64,000 bases of DNA, taken from assembly GCF_006345805.1 (NCBI RefSeq), contig NC_043011.1, positions 18,736,464 through 18,800,463 on the forward strand, given 5' to 3'. This DNA comes from Octopus sinensis. Taxonomy: Eukaryota. Of this stretch, positions 27,186 to 41,258 are shown piece by piece. A program made the position numbers and the translations under genes. Below the pieces are notes generated by a model. That model saw nothing but the letters and a program-made list of their open reading frames with translations, was not told the DNA's origin and did not search any database. Within the stretch, counting starts at the first letter, position 1. Each line of letters begins with the position of its first letter.

Positions 27186-28543
27186 ACATATGTGTATATA
27201 TGTGTATGTGTATGTGTATGCATGTATTTCTCGATCCATCTATGCCTCCTCTGTTGTATGTATGCGTTACACATATGCACTAAATGACTAATTTGCAACC
27301 GAAATTAATATAACAAAACCCAAGTGCACATATAGAAACTTTACCCTGGTGTATATGAAGATATTAATACCTACAAATATGCTTCGTAGATATATATTAC
27401 ATAAGATATTATATATGATATGAATGTGTATATGCGTATAAAGAGAGAGGAGGAGAGGGAGTGAGTGAAATATATACATAAACACTCACTCGCATATGGG
27501 AGTACATGCACACACACACTCACTAATGTACACTTAGGAAAATACATAAAATCTTTACAAACAATCAAGTATATTTTATGCAATTATCTTTAAGTTATAA
27601 AACATTTGCACTCACTTTCCGCCTTTCTATATAAAGCTTTCTCACCTCCATTTTCCACCCTTTTATCTCTCTATTGTTGTGAGAAAATCCTATTATCAAA
27701 TTCTTTAAAAAACAAATAAATCAGTTCACAATATACAAGAAAAGTTTCTATTTTGAAATCAATATCATACAAGAAAGTCTTTTATTATCCTTGAAAATTA
27801 ATCAATTACCACAGAACCAAAATAATGAAAAATGGTTTTATTAGAATTTGTTGTAAAATGTGACGTAGAGATAGAGTTTTCTGTGTGATTTAAGAGGAGA
27901 AATATAGCGACATTTATTGTGAGTGTAAAGTTTTCGAGACGCAGGGTAACAATGAGGATGAATGCAGACTTACAGAATTGATACAAAGACAGTGAAGAAA
28001 GGTACAGATGTGGAAGGAAAGAAATATATTAAGACTACCAGACAATCGGACAACAATATACACAGAGATGTGGTGAAATACAGAGACGTACACACATCTA
28101 TATAGAAGAAGAGACTTATATAGACATCTACAGAGAAGAACGAGCTTATATAGACTCGTTAAAGTCAGGCAAACAACGTGATGCTGAAAAAGACAGATAA
28201 GATCGAGCCAAAGAGAAACATGGGAAGTGTGAGATATCCATTTACAGAGATAAATAGACTGAGAAAAATAAAGCTAGGGTGAGACAACAGAAACTATGAC
28301 AGAACATGCCGAGGCAAAAGATATACCAAAATAAATATAACAATAATTTTCAAAACAATATGTATATTATTCTAGCCAGACATTATAAACTTAGATGTTG
28401 ATGTGCTGCGAATCAACATTTAAACTTAATTTCTCCAACACAGCCATGATATCAAACGTGTTTTATAACTTGATGGATGTGATAGGCTCTGTGTTCATGT
28501 AAAACACGTTGACAGATTTTGGAGAGACGAGCATATAAATGCA

Positions 28544-28571
28544 CTAGCAGAGATACCCGGTGTTGTTCGGG
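28544..28571 (-). mobile_element. Helitron 3' terminus (hairpin + CTAG)
   Basis: Minus strand: cccg aacaacac cggg hairpin, then ~8 nt, then CTAG followed by T, as expected for Helitron 3' ends. Confidence 0.6.
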
Positions 28572-29460
28572 ATATAATGGAATGGTTCTTTTACAGTTTT
28601 AATTGCTTCGGTCGTGTGAGTGCGGCCATGCTAGAACACCACATTTAGGCATTTGCAAGAAAGCTCTGGGAGAGAATCTGTAGAGGTTTTGCCAGGGCAT
28701 GCTTACACGATTTGAAGAGGATTACTGGGAAACCTTTAGGACCAGCAGTGGAGCTTGCGTCCACCTCATCTATGTCTAGTAATATATCGTCTTCGCTAAT
28801 GACGAGGTATACAACGGGGTGGTAAAGACGCTATTGAACTCATGGCACATTCTCAGTTTTGTGTGTAGTAGAAAAAGGGAAACATATATCCAGATGGATA
28901 CCTTCAAAGCACTCAGTGGTTAAGCGAACCCGGTTACTTATGTCACACAACCCGCAAGAAATTCAAATAGAATTAACATCCAATGCACTTCTTCATGTAT
29001 GACAAGGATGTCAACATACGGCTTAAAGAATTTCAAGAAAATCTGTGTATATGAGAATATGATGATGGACAAGGAAAATCAATAATTTAACTGATTGCGA
29101 TTAGAACATGTATCACCGATGCTCGTTTCTGTTGTGTCAGCATATTCAGCAATATAAAAGAATGTTACAAAATACCGGTCAAATCAATATATCTGTAGAT
29201 TTATGATAACGCAATATCACCAGGGTAACCCAATACAGGTTAAATTCATAATTATCTGAGAAAGGAACACAATTACATGAACGCTTACATAAGGAACATT
29301 CAGAAGAAATATGGTATTCTATGTAAAACCAGGTTAGTATTTAAACTGATGATGACTTCAACAGATGAAGGAAGAATAAAAAGATAACCATAAAAAATTA
29401 TGTCAAGATATTTAGTTATGTAGCTATCAATATTTCCTAAAAAATATTTTAGCAATATGT

Positions 29461-29528
29461 TCAGTAAACCGTTATGGTTTACTGATATGTAAACCGTTAT
29501 GGTTTCAGATATCAGTAAACCGTTATGG
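29461..29528. repeat. Three-copy ~25-bp minisatellite with an internal palindrome (cagtaaacc-gttat-ggtttactg)
   Basis: Seen directly. Confidence 0.85.
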
Positions 29529-29714
29529 ACTAAGGAAAGATACAAATGATTTTCTATATTTAAGACAACAATCCAATGCCATGTTGTTTCTATAATGTAA
29601 TAAATATAATTTTGAAGTAACTATGTAATATATTTCCACTATGCAAAGGTCCCACACACACACATATAAATATATGTTCGTAAGTATTTATGCCTGTATG
29701 TACATATATATATA

Positions 29715-29759
<45 letters not shown>

Positions 29760-31545
29760 CAAAGTAAAAATATTTGTCTACACCTGCGTTAACTCCATTT
29801 TTTATTCATGTATATATATGTATATATCTTTCCATGTATGAGTTCGAGATTGTTTGTGTGTTTGCATATATGTGCATGTATTAGAAATCTAGCTGTGATT
29901 ATGTTAGTGGTATATACGCAGTATAGTCAATAAGAGCCTGAAGACTCACAATTTCGTGATTAGTTCGCTTTTCTCTATAGAACAGATATACAGGTTCTTT
30001 AGTAAATATTCCCATAGAATACTGATCTCCTATATCTTAATCGTTTATGTTTAAGTATTTCACTATTCGTCATTGATTACACCTTAGAAAATTTATAGAC
30101 ATAGCCGTGAGAGCGATGCAGTTAAATATATTCAATTAGAAGGACATGAGACTGCAATAAATAAGAATATAAACGCATCCATACGATTGTTTATTTAGTA
30201 GCTTGATAGTTTATGCCACTGATATTGTAAGGATAGGTTTTCTTGTTCTCCGAGAGTTGTAACATCCACTTTCACTGGTCAGTCAAAAGTGCACACATAT
30301 TTAACAATACAAAATACTGTAGAAGATATTAAGAGATCTACCAATCATGGATATGAAGTTCAACTCTTTACTTACCCTCACGGGTAAGTGTTTTTCCTAA
30401 CGAATACATTTGTTAAATTTTTGGAAATAGAGAAAGAGATCTACCCATTTACTATTTGGGAAATATATGTGAAATTGAGTAAAACCATATCGCAAACAAA
30501 TAAGAGTGATATTACAAGAACCTATCAGCAGCAAAGCCTTCCTATACGTTTGTAAACCATGGAGACTTTATCGTCATTATCAAAAAAAAATTATGGCTAC
30601 TAATGAAATTGTTTTTAATTGTAAATTTCAACTTGAAATTTTATATATCACCAAATTAGTGCTAAGGTATGCACGTAAAATCTTCCTCCTAGACATCAAA
30701 ATTATCAGAATGGCATATCCAATTACATGCTCCAATCATATATTACATATGTTTAAGCGATAAATTTTCGGTCCTGTTATTCTCCGTCCCGACAGAACAC
30801 ATAAGCGGAAGTTTTCTGTTTGCTGAAATCAGGTATATGTATGAAAGAAGTATGCTTTTCTTCTGTTTGTTGTAGAGCTACTATGTTTTGGATGTTTGTA
30901 AGTTGATGTGATTGAATATAACAGAATTGGGTTAAATTGCAATCACTAAATGTATGATCAACTAATGATCGTATATTTGAGCTAATGATCATACAGTCTG
31001 AGGGGGCTACTGTTGTAATAATATCTTTGATGTTTTACATATAGTCGGTTCATGAAACATTGCTGGCTAATTTGGAAATCATATTTAGATTCAAGGATAT
31101 AATGAAACTTTATTACATTATTAAATGGGGCTTTTCTGTTTATGTTCCTTCTATACAAACATAGAAAATTCAGTTCTTATTACCTCAGAAGTTAAAAGTA
31201 CTTATGCGATTTAAAAATCTTGCCACATGCTAACAGTTGGGAAAGTCTACTTAAAGTGTTTGAATTATTCACATTCATGATGGCTTATAGTTGGATATTT
31301 TGTGTAAATATATTTATAGTTGCAATGTTTGACTATTGCATAATATTAGTAATATCGTACGAGATAGTCAGAGCTAAAATACATATTTACCATGAGACAA
31401 ATCTGTCAGAGTTCACTATGGGCTAAACAACAATTAGTCTTACATCGTGAAATTCACTTCATTTCCTAAATTTTTGCGGAAGCCTTCTACACATGTAGCG
31501 TGATTTCACTCATTTACGCAAAACAAATCATAATGAATTATTCTC

Positions 31546-31977
31546 GGATCTTTTCGGTTTGAATGGCAGTTTTTTTTAGAATAATTTCAACGTAACTAAA
31601 CACTTTTAAACTTCGTATACTGGTAGAATGTTTTTATAAAACATATTTTTCTTTTGGCTTTATTGAGGAAGCTCTATAGATTGTAAGATATTTGCTTTTG
31701 TTGTTCTTCGATTTCTGCAATTTCAACCAATCAATGACGTTTATTGAGGTCAAACATTCTGTGCCGTATGACTATTCCCTCGTTTAAGAAACAGATTGGG
31801 TTTATTTACATTTCTGATGAAAAAAAGATACCCTTCCCCCACACCTAACCTTAACCCTAACTAACCCTAAACCTAAAACAGATTGAAATGCAATAGATCG
31901 ATACTAGGGTCATAATAATGGGTGACAATTTCGTATGACTCCGCTAGAAAAAACTGCCGTTCAAACAGAAAAGTTCC
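31546..31977. mobile_element. MITE with GG-initiated TIRs and 8-bp TSD (Merlin-like), copy 1
   Basis: TIRs ggatcttttcggtttgaatggcagttt / aaactgccgttcaaacagaaaagttcc. TSD ttattctc at 31538-31545 and 31978-31985. Internal cctaacc repeats. Confidence 0.9.
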
Positions 31978-32049
31978 TTATTCTCTTGTAAAAATAAATC
32001 ATGTTTTTCAAATCGCTCCCAGTAATCAACTGGTATTTATTTGATCAAA

Positions 32050-32170
32050 TCCGGAAAGATCAAAAGCAAAGACGGCCTCTACAGAATTTGAACTCAGAAC
32101 GTGAAGACGGTCGAAACGTCGCTAAGCATTTTGTCCAGCAGTCTTACAGTTATACTATCTCGCTGCCTTG
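32050..32170 (-). mobile_element. 5' half of a SINE, family of 56577-56808
   Basis: gaatttgaactcagaacgtgaagacgg...gctaagcatttt. Confidence 0.8.
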
Positions 32171-33589
32171 CAAAAATGATAAAGGAAACAAAATGACATG
32201 AAATTCTACGCGGCTTATTTAGAATCCCGCTTAAATTTTGTGGCATGCTGAAACTATATATTCGTTATATTTAATAGAGTAAAATAACATCAAAGGGATT
32301 GGGACATATTTTAGACACATTTTCATATCTATATATATATATATTTAAAATCTGTGAAAACTGCTTACAATGATTTAGTTCGCATTTTTTCGTGTTATTT
32401 TTACAATTAACCTCTTTCTTTGTTTTGTAGACATATTAGCTTAACACATTGCTTTGTTTAAAAATAAACAATAATTATGTTTTCAATGCTAATTAATTAA
32501 CAATAGATTTAATTCCAATGCAAAATAATTATTTCAATAACTCCGGTTCAGCGTCGAAATAAATTACTTTCCTTTTTTATTTTGTACACACACGTATATC
32601 ATATTTATTCATTTCTGCCAGACATTGTACTTGAAGCAGACTCATATTACTCACTTATAATTGTAAGAGGAAAAAAATGTATTATTACACACAAAGATAT
32701 ATTAGCAAGGGCGGTTGTTGTATGTGTGTACGCGTCTGAGTGTTTGTGTCTACCTGTGTGTGACTGTGCATTTAATTTGGGAGGTCGTGTTGTCAAATAA
32801 CAAACGGGCCGCATTGTTTGTATTCCATTTGTGATATCAGATAATTAGGAAATTAGAGAATTAATTACTAAATGAATAAAGTAATTAAATTAAATATGAA
32901 ATTTCATACATCACAGCCCAAAATCAATGAGTCCTCAATTAAATTTCTTCGTTCTGTAAAACACATTCATTTCCCAGCCACTTGCTCGTTTTTTATGGTT
33001 GAGTATTATTTTATGCATTTCTTCCTACAATGCAAATATAAGGCTATATTTTATCTAATGTCATAATATGACAGGTATGCATGTTTCCATGCATAATTAC
33101 ATGGCGTATTATTTATATATGTGTGCGTGAATATGGGTGTGAGTCTGTGCGTGTAAGTGTGTGTATATGTGTGTGTGTTTGCGTGTGTATTATTTGTGTG
33201 TGAGTCTCTCCTTATATACACATATTGTTATATTTTGGGATGGCCTAATTTTTGCGAAATAAACACAAGCGTTATGTATTCGTTCTTACCTTCAGATTAA
33301 TTTTATTATTGTTCTTATTGTATCTTGTTGTATATTGTATCTGGAAATCTTTCGTCACATATCTTGTGACGTCTACAGCAACACACCATTCTTCGTGTGT
33401 TCTATCCTATTCAGTCCTATGTTATCTTATTATGTTGTACATTCATAACACTAATAAAATAAATCCGAAATGGAGAACGAATTTAGAGTGCATGTATATA
33501 TTTAACAAAAAGAATGTCAGTGTCTGTTTCATTACACAGTGTCACATTAGGAAACTGGCAAAACAAATACATAAACATATACATATACA

Positions 33590-33629
33590 TACATACATAT
33601 ATATATATATATTATATATATTATATATG

Positions 33630-33682
<53 letters not shown>

Positions 33683-33690
33683 ATATAGAT

Positions 33691-33788
<98 letters not shown>

Positions 33789-33792
33789 ATAT

Positions 33793-33832
<40 letters not shown>
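33590..33832. repeat. Interrupted (TA)n microsatellite
   Basis: Seen directly. It produces several spurious ORFs. Confidence 0.95.
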
Positions 33833-33834
<2 letters not shown>

Positions 33835-34493
33835 GTGGGGATGGGGTATGCCTGTGTGTGTGCATCTGTATTAGAGACACATTAATGACAAGTTTGCAGT
33901 CAAGTGCTGTGAAAAGTTGAACGTAAAATGATTCCCCTGATGTTACGAACATGATTTTTTCGTTTAGACCACATCGATTCCAGCTCCAAAAATTGCAACA
34001 GCAAAAAAAAAACGTGCGTGACGTATTCTTAGTCAACAACATTTACATACCACAGCCGAAGTGATACAAAATGTTCTCTAGGTAGATTTTCCCAGTACAA
34101 AGTCATTTGTGTGGGGGTCACTCCTTTACGACCAAACAGTGTTACGAGACACTACACAGGCAAGAGAGGAAACAAATTTGAACCTGAGATAATAGTAGTT
34201 TTTGCAATTGCTATACAAGGAAAGGTAAAACCCCGGCCCACAGTAATAACTGACTCAACATGAAATAGTGTGTATACTAGAGATTGTACTACAGTTTTCG
34301 CACGGAGATCATTATTAATATCTCTTCCTCATAAAATAATAGCACTTTACCCCATAGCTTTGCGTATCATCAAACAAGCATAAGAATTTTATAGTGTTGC
34401 CGTACATATACTTTTTTATTTACTTCACGCGATAATGTTTATATACGTTCCTACACCTGACTATATAAATATGTATATATATATGCACACATT

Positions 34494-34535
<42 letters not shown>

Positions 34536-34537
34536 GT

Positions 34538-34738
34538 GCTGCGAGCTGGCAGAATCGTTAGCGCACCGGGCGAAATGCTTAGCGTTCTGAGTTCAAATCC
34601 CGCCGAGGTCGAATTTCATCCTTTCGGGGTCGATAAATAAAGTATCAGTTTCGCACTGGGGTCGATGTAATCGCCTTAATCCCTTTATTTGTCCTTGTTT
34701 GTCCCCTCTATGTTTAGCCCCTTTTAGGTAGTAAAGAA

Positions 34739-34742
<4 letters not shown>
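34538..34742 (+). mobile_element. tRNA-derived SINE, family of 56577-56808
   Basis: gcgagctggcagaatcgttagcgcaccgggcgaaatgcttagc...gagttcaaatcccgccgaggtc...cctttcggggtcgataaataaagta...tagtaaagaaata. Confidence 0.92.
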
Positions 34743-34769
<27 letters not shown>

Positions 34770-35439
34770 CATATATATAGATTGATAGATAAATTTATAG
34801 ATAGATATGTGTGTCTGTGTGTATGTTCGTATATATATATATATAAATAAATATATATGTTGACATCGTAAGTTCAAGGTTTACAAAGGTGACTGTAACA
34901 ATCCTATGCTCAGAATGTTTTCCGTCAAATGTTTGTGGATAATGAACACTTGATTAAGTTTATAAGCTTTTGTAGATTTCCCACAACGTCTTTTCGGTAG
35001 TGACCCCTGACTATATATTAAGCGCCTAAATAGGAGGCTGACACTTTTCAGTGAACGTGTTTAGTTATAATCAATGCACTCCAAATCTTGTTTGGAGTTG
35101 TTCAGCCAAATATGTCAGCCATAAACTTACGATGCCAAACAACATCTCTTGATACTAACATACGGCCGTAGCGGGGAATCTAAAAATTTCTATGAGCATT
35201 CAAGTGACTATCCTCAACCAATTAAATCCTGTTCAAAACATATACTAATTTGAATAAGGAACTCCCTATAAAAAAACAGGGAAAACCCCAAACACTAGTT
35301 AGAAGCACGACAGCTGCGACATAAACCACATCATTTTATTTGATCTTTTTGAAAATGATGGTAAACTGTGAAACCGATTAGAGCTTCAAATATATTAGTA
35401 AACAATATTTTACCTATCTTCGGTGCATTTTCAACTTCT

Positions 35440-36345
35440 GTTTCTCCTATATCACTACCCGTGTGGAATAAAATACCTCTCTCTCCAACACTACCATCCG
35501 CACAGGCACCCATAATCAACCATATTATATCACCGTCTCCTTTACCTGCACACCTAGCAACATCTTTTACTACATCACCTGCTCCTTCTTCTCTTCACTG
35601 TACATCGGTCAAACTAGACGCCGCTTGGCGGACCGGCTCTCGGAGCACCTCCGTGACATTAGGCTCAACAATACCACACCGGTCCCGCGCCATTCCGCCC
35701 TACCGTTCATTTACTATACTACCTGTCTGTCGTCGGATTGTCGTTGCACAAGGGCCATCCAGACTCCCGCCTTCGCCGTGAACGGGAATTACTCTTCTCT
35801 CTTCTAGCCTTTCCCCCACATGGGCTCAACTCTCCTCCTCATTTCATTGCAACCCCTCCACAAAACACACCACACCCCCACACCCCAACCCCACATACTC
35901 CATCCGTAGCACGACACTAACATTCACACCCCTACCCTACATCCACATCTCCAATTCCCACACAGACCCCATCAACCCCCCACTACACACGCTAGCACTG
36001 ACCACTTCTCAGCATTAACTCCGCACTCCATCATCAGCATAACCACACACTATCATCCACACACCGACACATTACATACGCACACACACACGCACACATC
36101 TACACGTCAAAGTCACTATCCCCTATCCTCACACACATTCTAACCTGCACATACGCATACGCACCTTCGATTTGTGATCACCAGCACTTTATTATCTCCC
36201 CTTCTTTCTACCTCTCCTGTCAAACCTTTGTTTCCCAACCAGTCTCCAAGCTTTGTCATTTCACACCTGCTTGTTGTTCATACACTTATCTACGTCTTTT
36301 GTTTTATGTATACATATTTTATGTATACATATATCTATATATATG
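35440..36345 (+). mobile_element. Penelope-like element 3' fragment: GIY-YIG endonuclease (Neptune-like linker), CA-rich 3' region and decayed terminus
   Basis: TTIRTGTHNQPYYITVSFTCTPSNIFYYITCSFFSSLYIGQTRRRLADRLSEHLRDIR...(frameshift) VVGLSLHKGHPDSRLRRERELLFSLLAFPPHGLN. Confidence 0.9.
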
Positions 36346-38319
36346 GAGATGACTAGCATACCTACTCTTAAGAGTTTCAAGCAGATTCAAACTCAGTCGT
36401 GATGCTTACTACAGTGAATATCTTATTGGAACGTTGGTGTTTTCGTAAGGCCTTAGACTGGTTGTTGTTTTTCTTAAATTTCGTTATATTCTATTTTGTT
36501 CGTCTTAATTACACGAATTTGTTTCTGTACATGAGGGTGGAGTGAAAGAGCTACATTTTTACAGAATTCTCTTTGCGAAACCCTTGAAGAACAACTGTGT
36601 GAAAATCTGATGTTCTGCAATCTACATCTTCAGGCTCCACAGCCCACTTGAAATTCTGAATGATGAGCGAAAAATCAATTTATAACAGGTTTGCCATTCC
36701 TCATCTTATTTATTACATTCATTGTAACAATTCGATTTTCTTTTCAGAAATCTATTAAAAACAAAAGTGTTAAAATCGAATTTGAAGCTCTAGTACTTAT
36801 ATCTTTAGGTTCCGCAACGCACTTGAAATTTCGAAATTATCTGAAATAAATAGATTTTCCTACTTTGTTTCTTTATTGTTTTTAATACTAAGTCACTAGA
36901 TATATGTGTTACATGAGTTCTAGATTACACACACATTAAAATAAATTAAACAAACTGTCGAGATTGTAGCAGACAAGATAATTCTTATGTGGAAAAAGGC
37001 ATCCATTCCTTCTGTTAAGATTGGGTCAGTTAAACTGGAAATCTTAAACATTGCTTTGCTGACGTAGAAGGGTGACTGTGATCTAGTTCATTATTTCTAA
37101 TTAACTTCTGAACGCTCATTTTACATACTACTTGGTCTATTCGGACAATGATCCTTTTTCGATTTGTCCGTTGATCCTATAAAACATCTTGTTCTCTCTG
37201 TGTTACCTTTTTGTACAACTGCAATTTCTAGAGGAGATGCAATTCGATCACGAATAGCGATTTTTAAAGTTTTTCATTGTATTGCGGAGCCTACAAAAAA
37301 TATTTAAACGTAAAGTTCTTCATACAATTTTCTTTGAGCTCTAATTCACAACAGAATATCGATTCTTGGTTTCTAATTTCGAAAGCTGCATTTTTGTTCC
37401 ATCCAACTGTACGTGCGTTTGGGATTCAGATAGCAATCTCAACGAACACTTTGTTCCTAGATTAGGGCTGATATCTTAGAAATTCATTAAAAATTTCGGA
37501 TCTCCCTAAAGTATTGCGAATATTTAACCAAACCATGTTTTCATATATCGCTGTTGACAGTTGAAACATAAAGATATGGTTTGCCACATATGTGTATGTG
37601 TGTGTGTGTGGATGTGTGCGTGTGTCCGTACGTGCGTACGCATGTGTGTGCATGTGCGTGTGTGTGTACATCAAGTCACATTCTGAAAGAAGAATAGAGA
37701 ATTTTACATCTTCAAAATTTTTATCACTCTATTATTCTCACTATAATCAAATCAAATTGTAGCCCGACACATATTTCTGATGGATAAGTGTACTAAAACC
37801 ATCCATTCTTTACACTGATGTAGCATTTACGAACATTTAGTTGGATCGGCTGCAGTACATGTGCATCCAAGAGAGACATTCTTATGCAGCTTTAGGATTT
37901 TACCCATTCGTATGGGTGAAGCAAACTGCGGATTCAAGTGTTAGATAGTCATTCAAGAATATAATCTACATGTGAATATCGTAAATTCTTGGGGTATATA
38001 ATAGAAAAACTTGCTTTGGAATTATGGCATGACTATACATCTAGTACCAGTCAAAGTGAGAATGACGTCTTTAGGGATATAAAGATGTGGGTCTTCAGGC
38101 CAATCGATAGCAAAAATATAGTAATGATAGGGAAAAAAATCAAGTAATATGAAATTTTAGACATATCCAGTGAGAGCCACAGATCAAAAGTAAAGTAAAC
38201 TATAATTGTGAGGTTCATTGTGAGATTCTTGAAACCTAGATTAAATTTACGATTATTTGACTTGGTTATCGTATGTCCACTTCAATCTACATGATATTAA
38301 AAATCCATAAATGCTTTTC

Positions 38320-39125
38320 TAATCGGTCCAGTAGGAGGAAAGTCAACATCGTACGTGAAGAATTCCACCCACTTCACAGAATTGATCAAGGATACCCCCC
38401 ATTGAACCCAACCAGATGGTGAGTCTAGACGTGATAAATTTCTTCATCAAAGTACCAACTGGCGAAGCTCTATCGGTGATTTAAGAAAAAACTAGTGACA
38501 GAGGCCCATCAAAAAGAATGCACTAGTATATCAATAAGAAACCTTATGGAAATGTTGACCTTCTGTGTAGAAGCTACCAACTTCAGTATGGACACTGTTA
38601 CATATCGACAAGAAGAGGGTTTAGCAATGGTTTCCCCATTATCACCAATATATACTAATATATAAATAATAGCCAATATATACATGGAATAATTTGAGAA
38701 TTTAGCTTTAGAATAAACACCACTAAAACCAACCCTATGGCTGCGATATGTCGATGACATCTTCATAGTTTGACCCCACCAGGAAGATATCCAAGTGCTG
38801 TTAAATCATGTGAACTCAGTAAAGTCATCCATAGAGTTTACAATGGGAAACAAGACAATCATCTAGCATTCCTGAACGTATTACTAACATGCATCAAGTG
38901 TGTATTCAGGACATCCGTATACCGCAAGCTGGCCTTCACTAGACGATACCCCAATTTCAACTCCCACCATCCATACAGTATAAAGAGAGGGATTGCTCAA
39001 TGCCTAAAACATCAAGCAATGAACGTAAGTAGTCATTGTGATACACATCACAAACAAATGATCAAGCTCAGTAACAATCTATTAAGCAGCAACTACCACA
39101 AAAGCATACTCTCCACTCCAGTAAT
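38320..39125 (+). mobile_element. Penelope-like element reverse transcriptase fragment (pseudogenised)
   Basis: SYVKNSTHFTELIKD...MVSLDVINFFIKVP...YRQEEGLAMVSPLSP..ANIYME*FE...WLRYVDDIFIV*PH...LAFLNVLL...TSVYRK...YPNFNSHHP.SIKRGI. Confidence 0.93.
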
Positions 39126-40739
39126 GAAGAAAAGGGAATAACGCAATTTACAGGGAATCAAATTACAAGTCACAGCTTATCAAATGTCGAAGGAAAATAA
39201 TTCATTTAGCATTTCAAATTTGACTAATACTTTTCATTGTAAAAGCTAGTAGGTTCAACGAAAACTAATAGATAGTCTAACACCGTATTTTTGTGCAATT
39301 TCACATTCAGGAAAAATGATTTTGAAAATAATTGAACTGAATTTTGATCTGAAATTTAGTTGATCATTTATCTACATATACACAAAATAAATTTACTTTT
39401 ATCTTTGAAATCTATATGAATAGATACTTTTTCTATGGATATTTTCATTGAAAATGATTGAATTTATTAAAGCATAGCATAAAGAATTACTTGTACAGAA
39501 TTTCATTTGAAATACGTTCACAGTCGTAATCCAGTGTAAAACATGAAATATCAGAACATGACATGCGTTATTTCAGTGACAGATATGAGAATGTCTCGTG
39601 AGAAAATACAGACCTACCATTCATATCTCATTTGATACAATTATATGGAGGTGATAGAAAGGAAAATTCCCCAAATTCTAAGTATGAAAACATTCTGAAA
39701 ATAAAGCATTTATATCTAAACGTAACGGCAATTCATGTCCAATAATATTAGCAATTATTATTGACAGAAGGAACACAATTTCCAGTGCTTTCTTTCTAAA
39801 CAAGGAAACAGCTGATCTATGCGGACGCAGAAATTGAAATGTAAGACAATTTTCGGTTTTGCTATGCTATAAGATGTTATTTCTATCTCACTTTCCCAAT
39901 TATATTTCTGCTTCAATTTTCTATGCTCAAATTTTTTGGCTTTCTTCTCCTCGAATTGGAGAACCTATGATATATCAGTGCCAAACCTATAGTCTAATAT
40001 ATTCCCTTGCAAAATGTAGATTTAAGTGTTAAAAATAAGTATTTCTTTTTTTTTTCTTTTAATGTGAATTCGATTTATGATTAAATTGAATGACGTTATA
40101 CTACTTATAATGGTAGAAACGTTTTCTAAATTCAGTTTGGACAGCTGTCAATACGTGAATTGTTGACAAAAATTTAGAAGAACATTTTCGATACGTGAAT
40201 ACTTATGCTAAATATACTGCCGCCAACTGGCTCTTGTAATTTAGAATAGATTCTTCTCTTAATATATTTCTGATTCTTTTCATTTCTCCTGTCTACAAGA
40301 CATCGCCATTATCAAAGATATATTTGTTTTTGCTTCACAAGACCTACACAAGTGCAATTACTGACAATTTCACAGTACCTGAACACATGTGTTTGACAGA
40401 AACAAGTCGCAAGAGAGTTCCATTTCTACTCAACTTTGAACATCTCAAATTCTATGGTAATGCTACTATTAAATATTCACTGCCAGAAAACTGTCGTAAT
40501 TATGTCTCGTGAAAATTAGCACCATCATATAATAGCAGGTGATCATCATTATCATTTTCTTTCTAAATTTCAAAACTTCATGGAAAATGTTAATCACCAT
40601 AATATCATAAAATGTCGACACCACAAAGGCTACAGGTTTTACTCTGGACCGTATTAGACTTAAATCGTGATAATTCTATAAAAATAGAGTACCTGGAGTA
40701 TTCTTTCATCAGTATATAAAATATTTTCTTCAAGGGAGT

Positions 40740-41187
40740 GTTGCAATTTACAGAACCAGATATAAGACAAGGCATTATAGGATATAACATTTATAAAAAT
40801 GTCATATAAGTAAGTTACATATATTAATTGAACATTTCTTACGTTTTGATATTTATCGCTACTGAGAGTTCGAGTAACCGCCTTAGGTAAGAATTTAACC
40901 ATATAATAGAGATTTACAATAACAAGCTGTTAAGTATTTCACATGCATTTTGTACATGGTATATACATCCTTATTTTAATATTTGTCTTACATCTTAGAC
41001 AGCACATCTTCATCATATAATCCTTAATTTTCATGCAGACTATTACAAATATGTTGCAAAGAGGAGAGATTCATATAAACATATGAACGTTGTTGAATAT
41101 AATCTCTATACAATAGAAAAGCTGAAAAGATAAACACATGTATTATTCAAAGCCATTAATGATCTGCTAAAATTCCTTTCCCTCGAT

Positions 41188-41258
<71 letters not shown>

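Noticed and set aside
29461-29528. CRISPR-like repeat array
   Set aside because: Eukaryotic context, only three adjoining units, no unique spacers, no cas genes.
37200-37285. Minus-strand segment with good acceptor and donor (APQYNEKL/KIAIRDRIASPLEIAVVQK)
   Set aside because: All three frames contain stops; it would need a frameshift to be coding.
40300-40455. Candidate exon ending at atg|gtaatg
   Set aside because: Ambiguous or weak acceptors and no recognisable protein.
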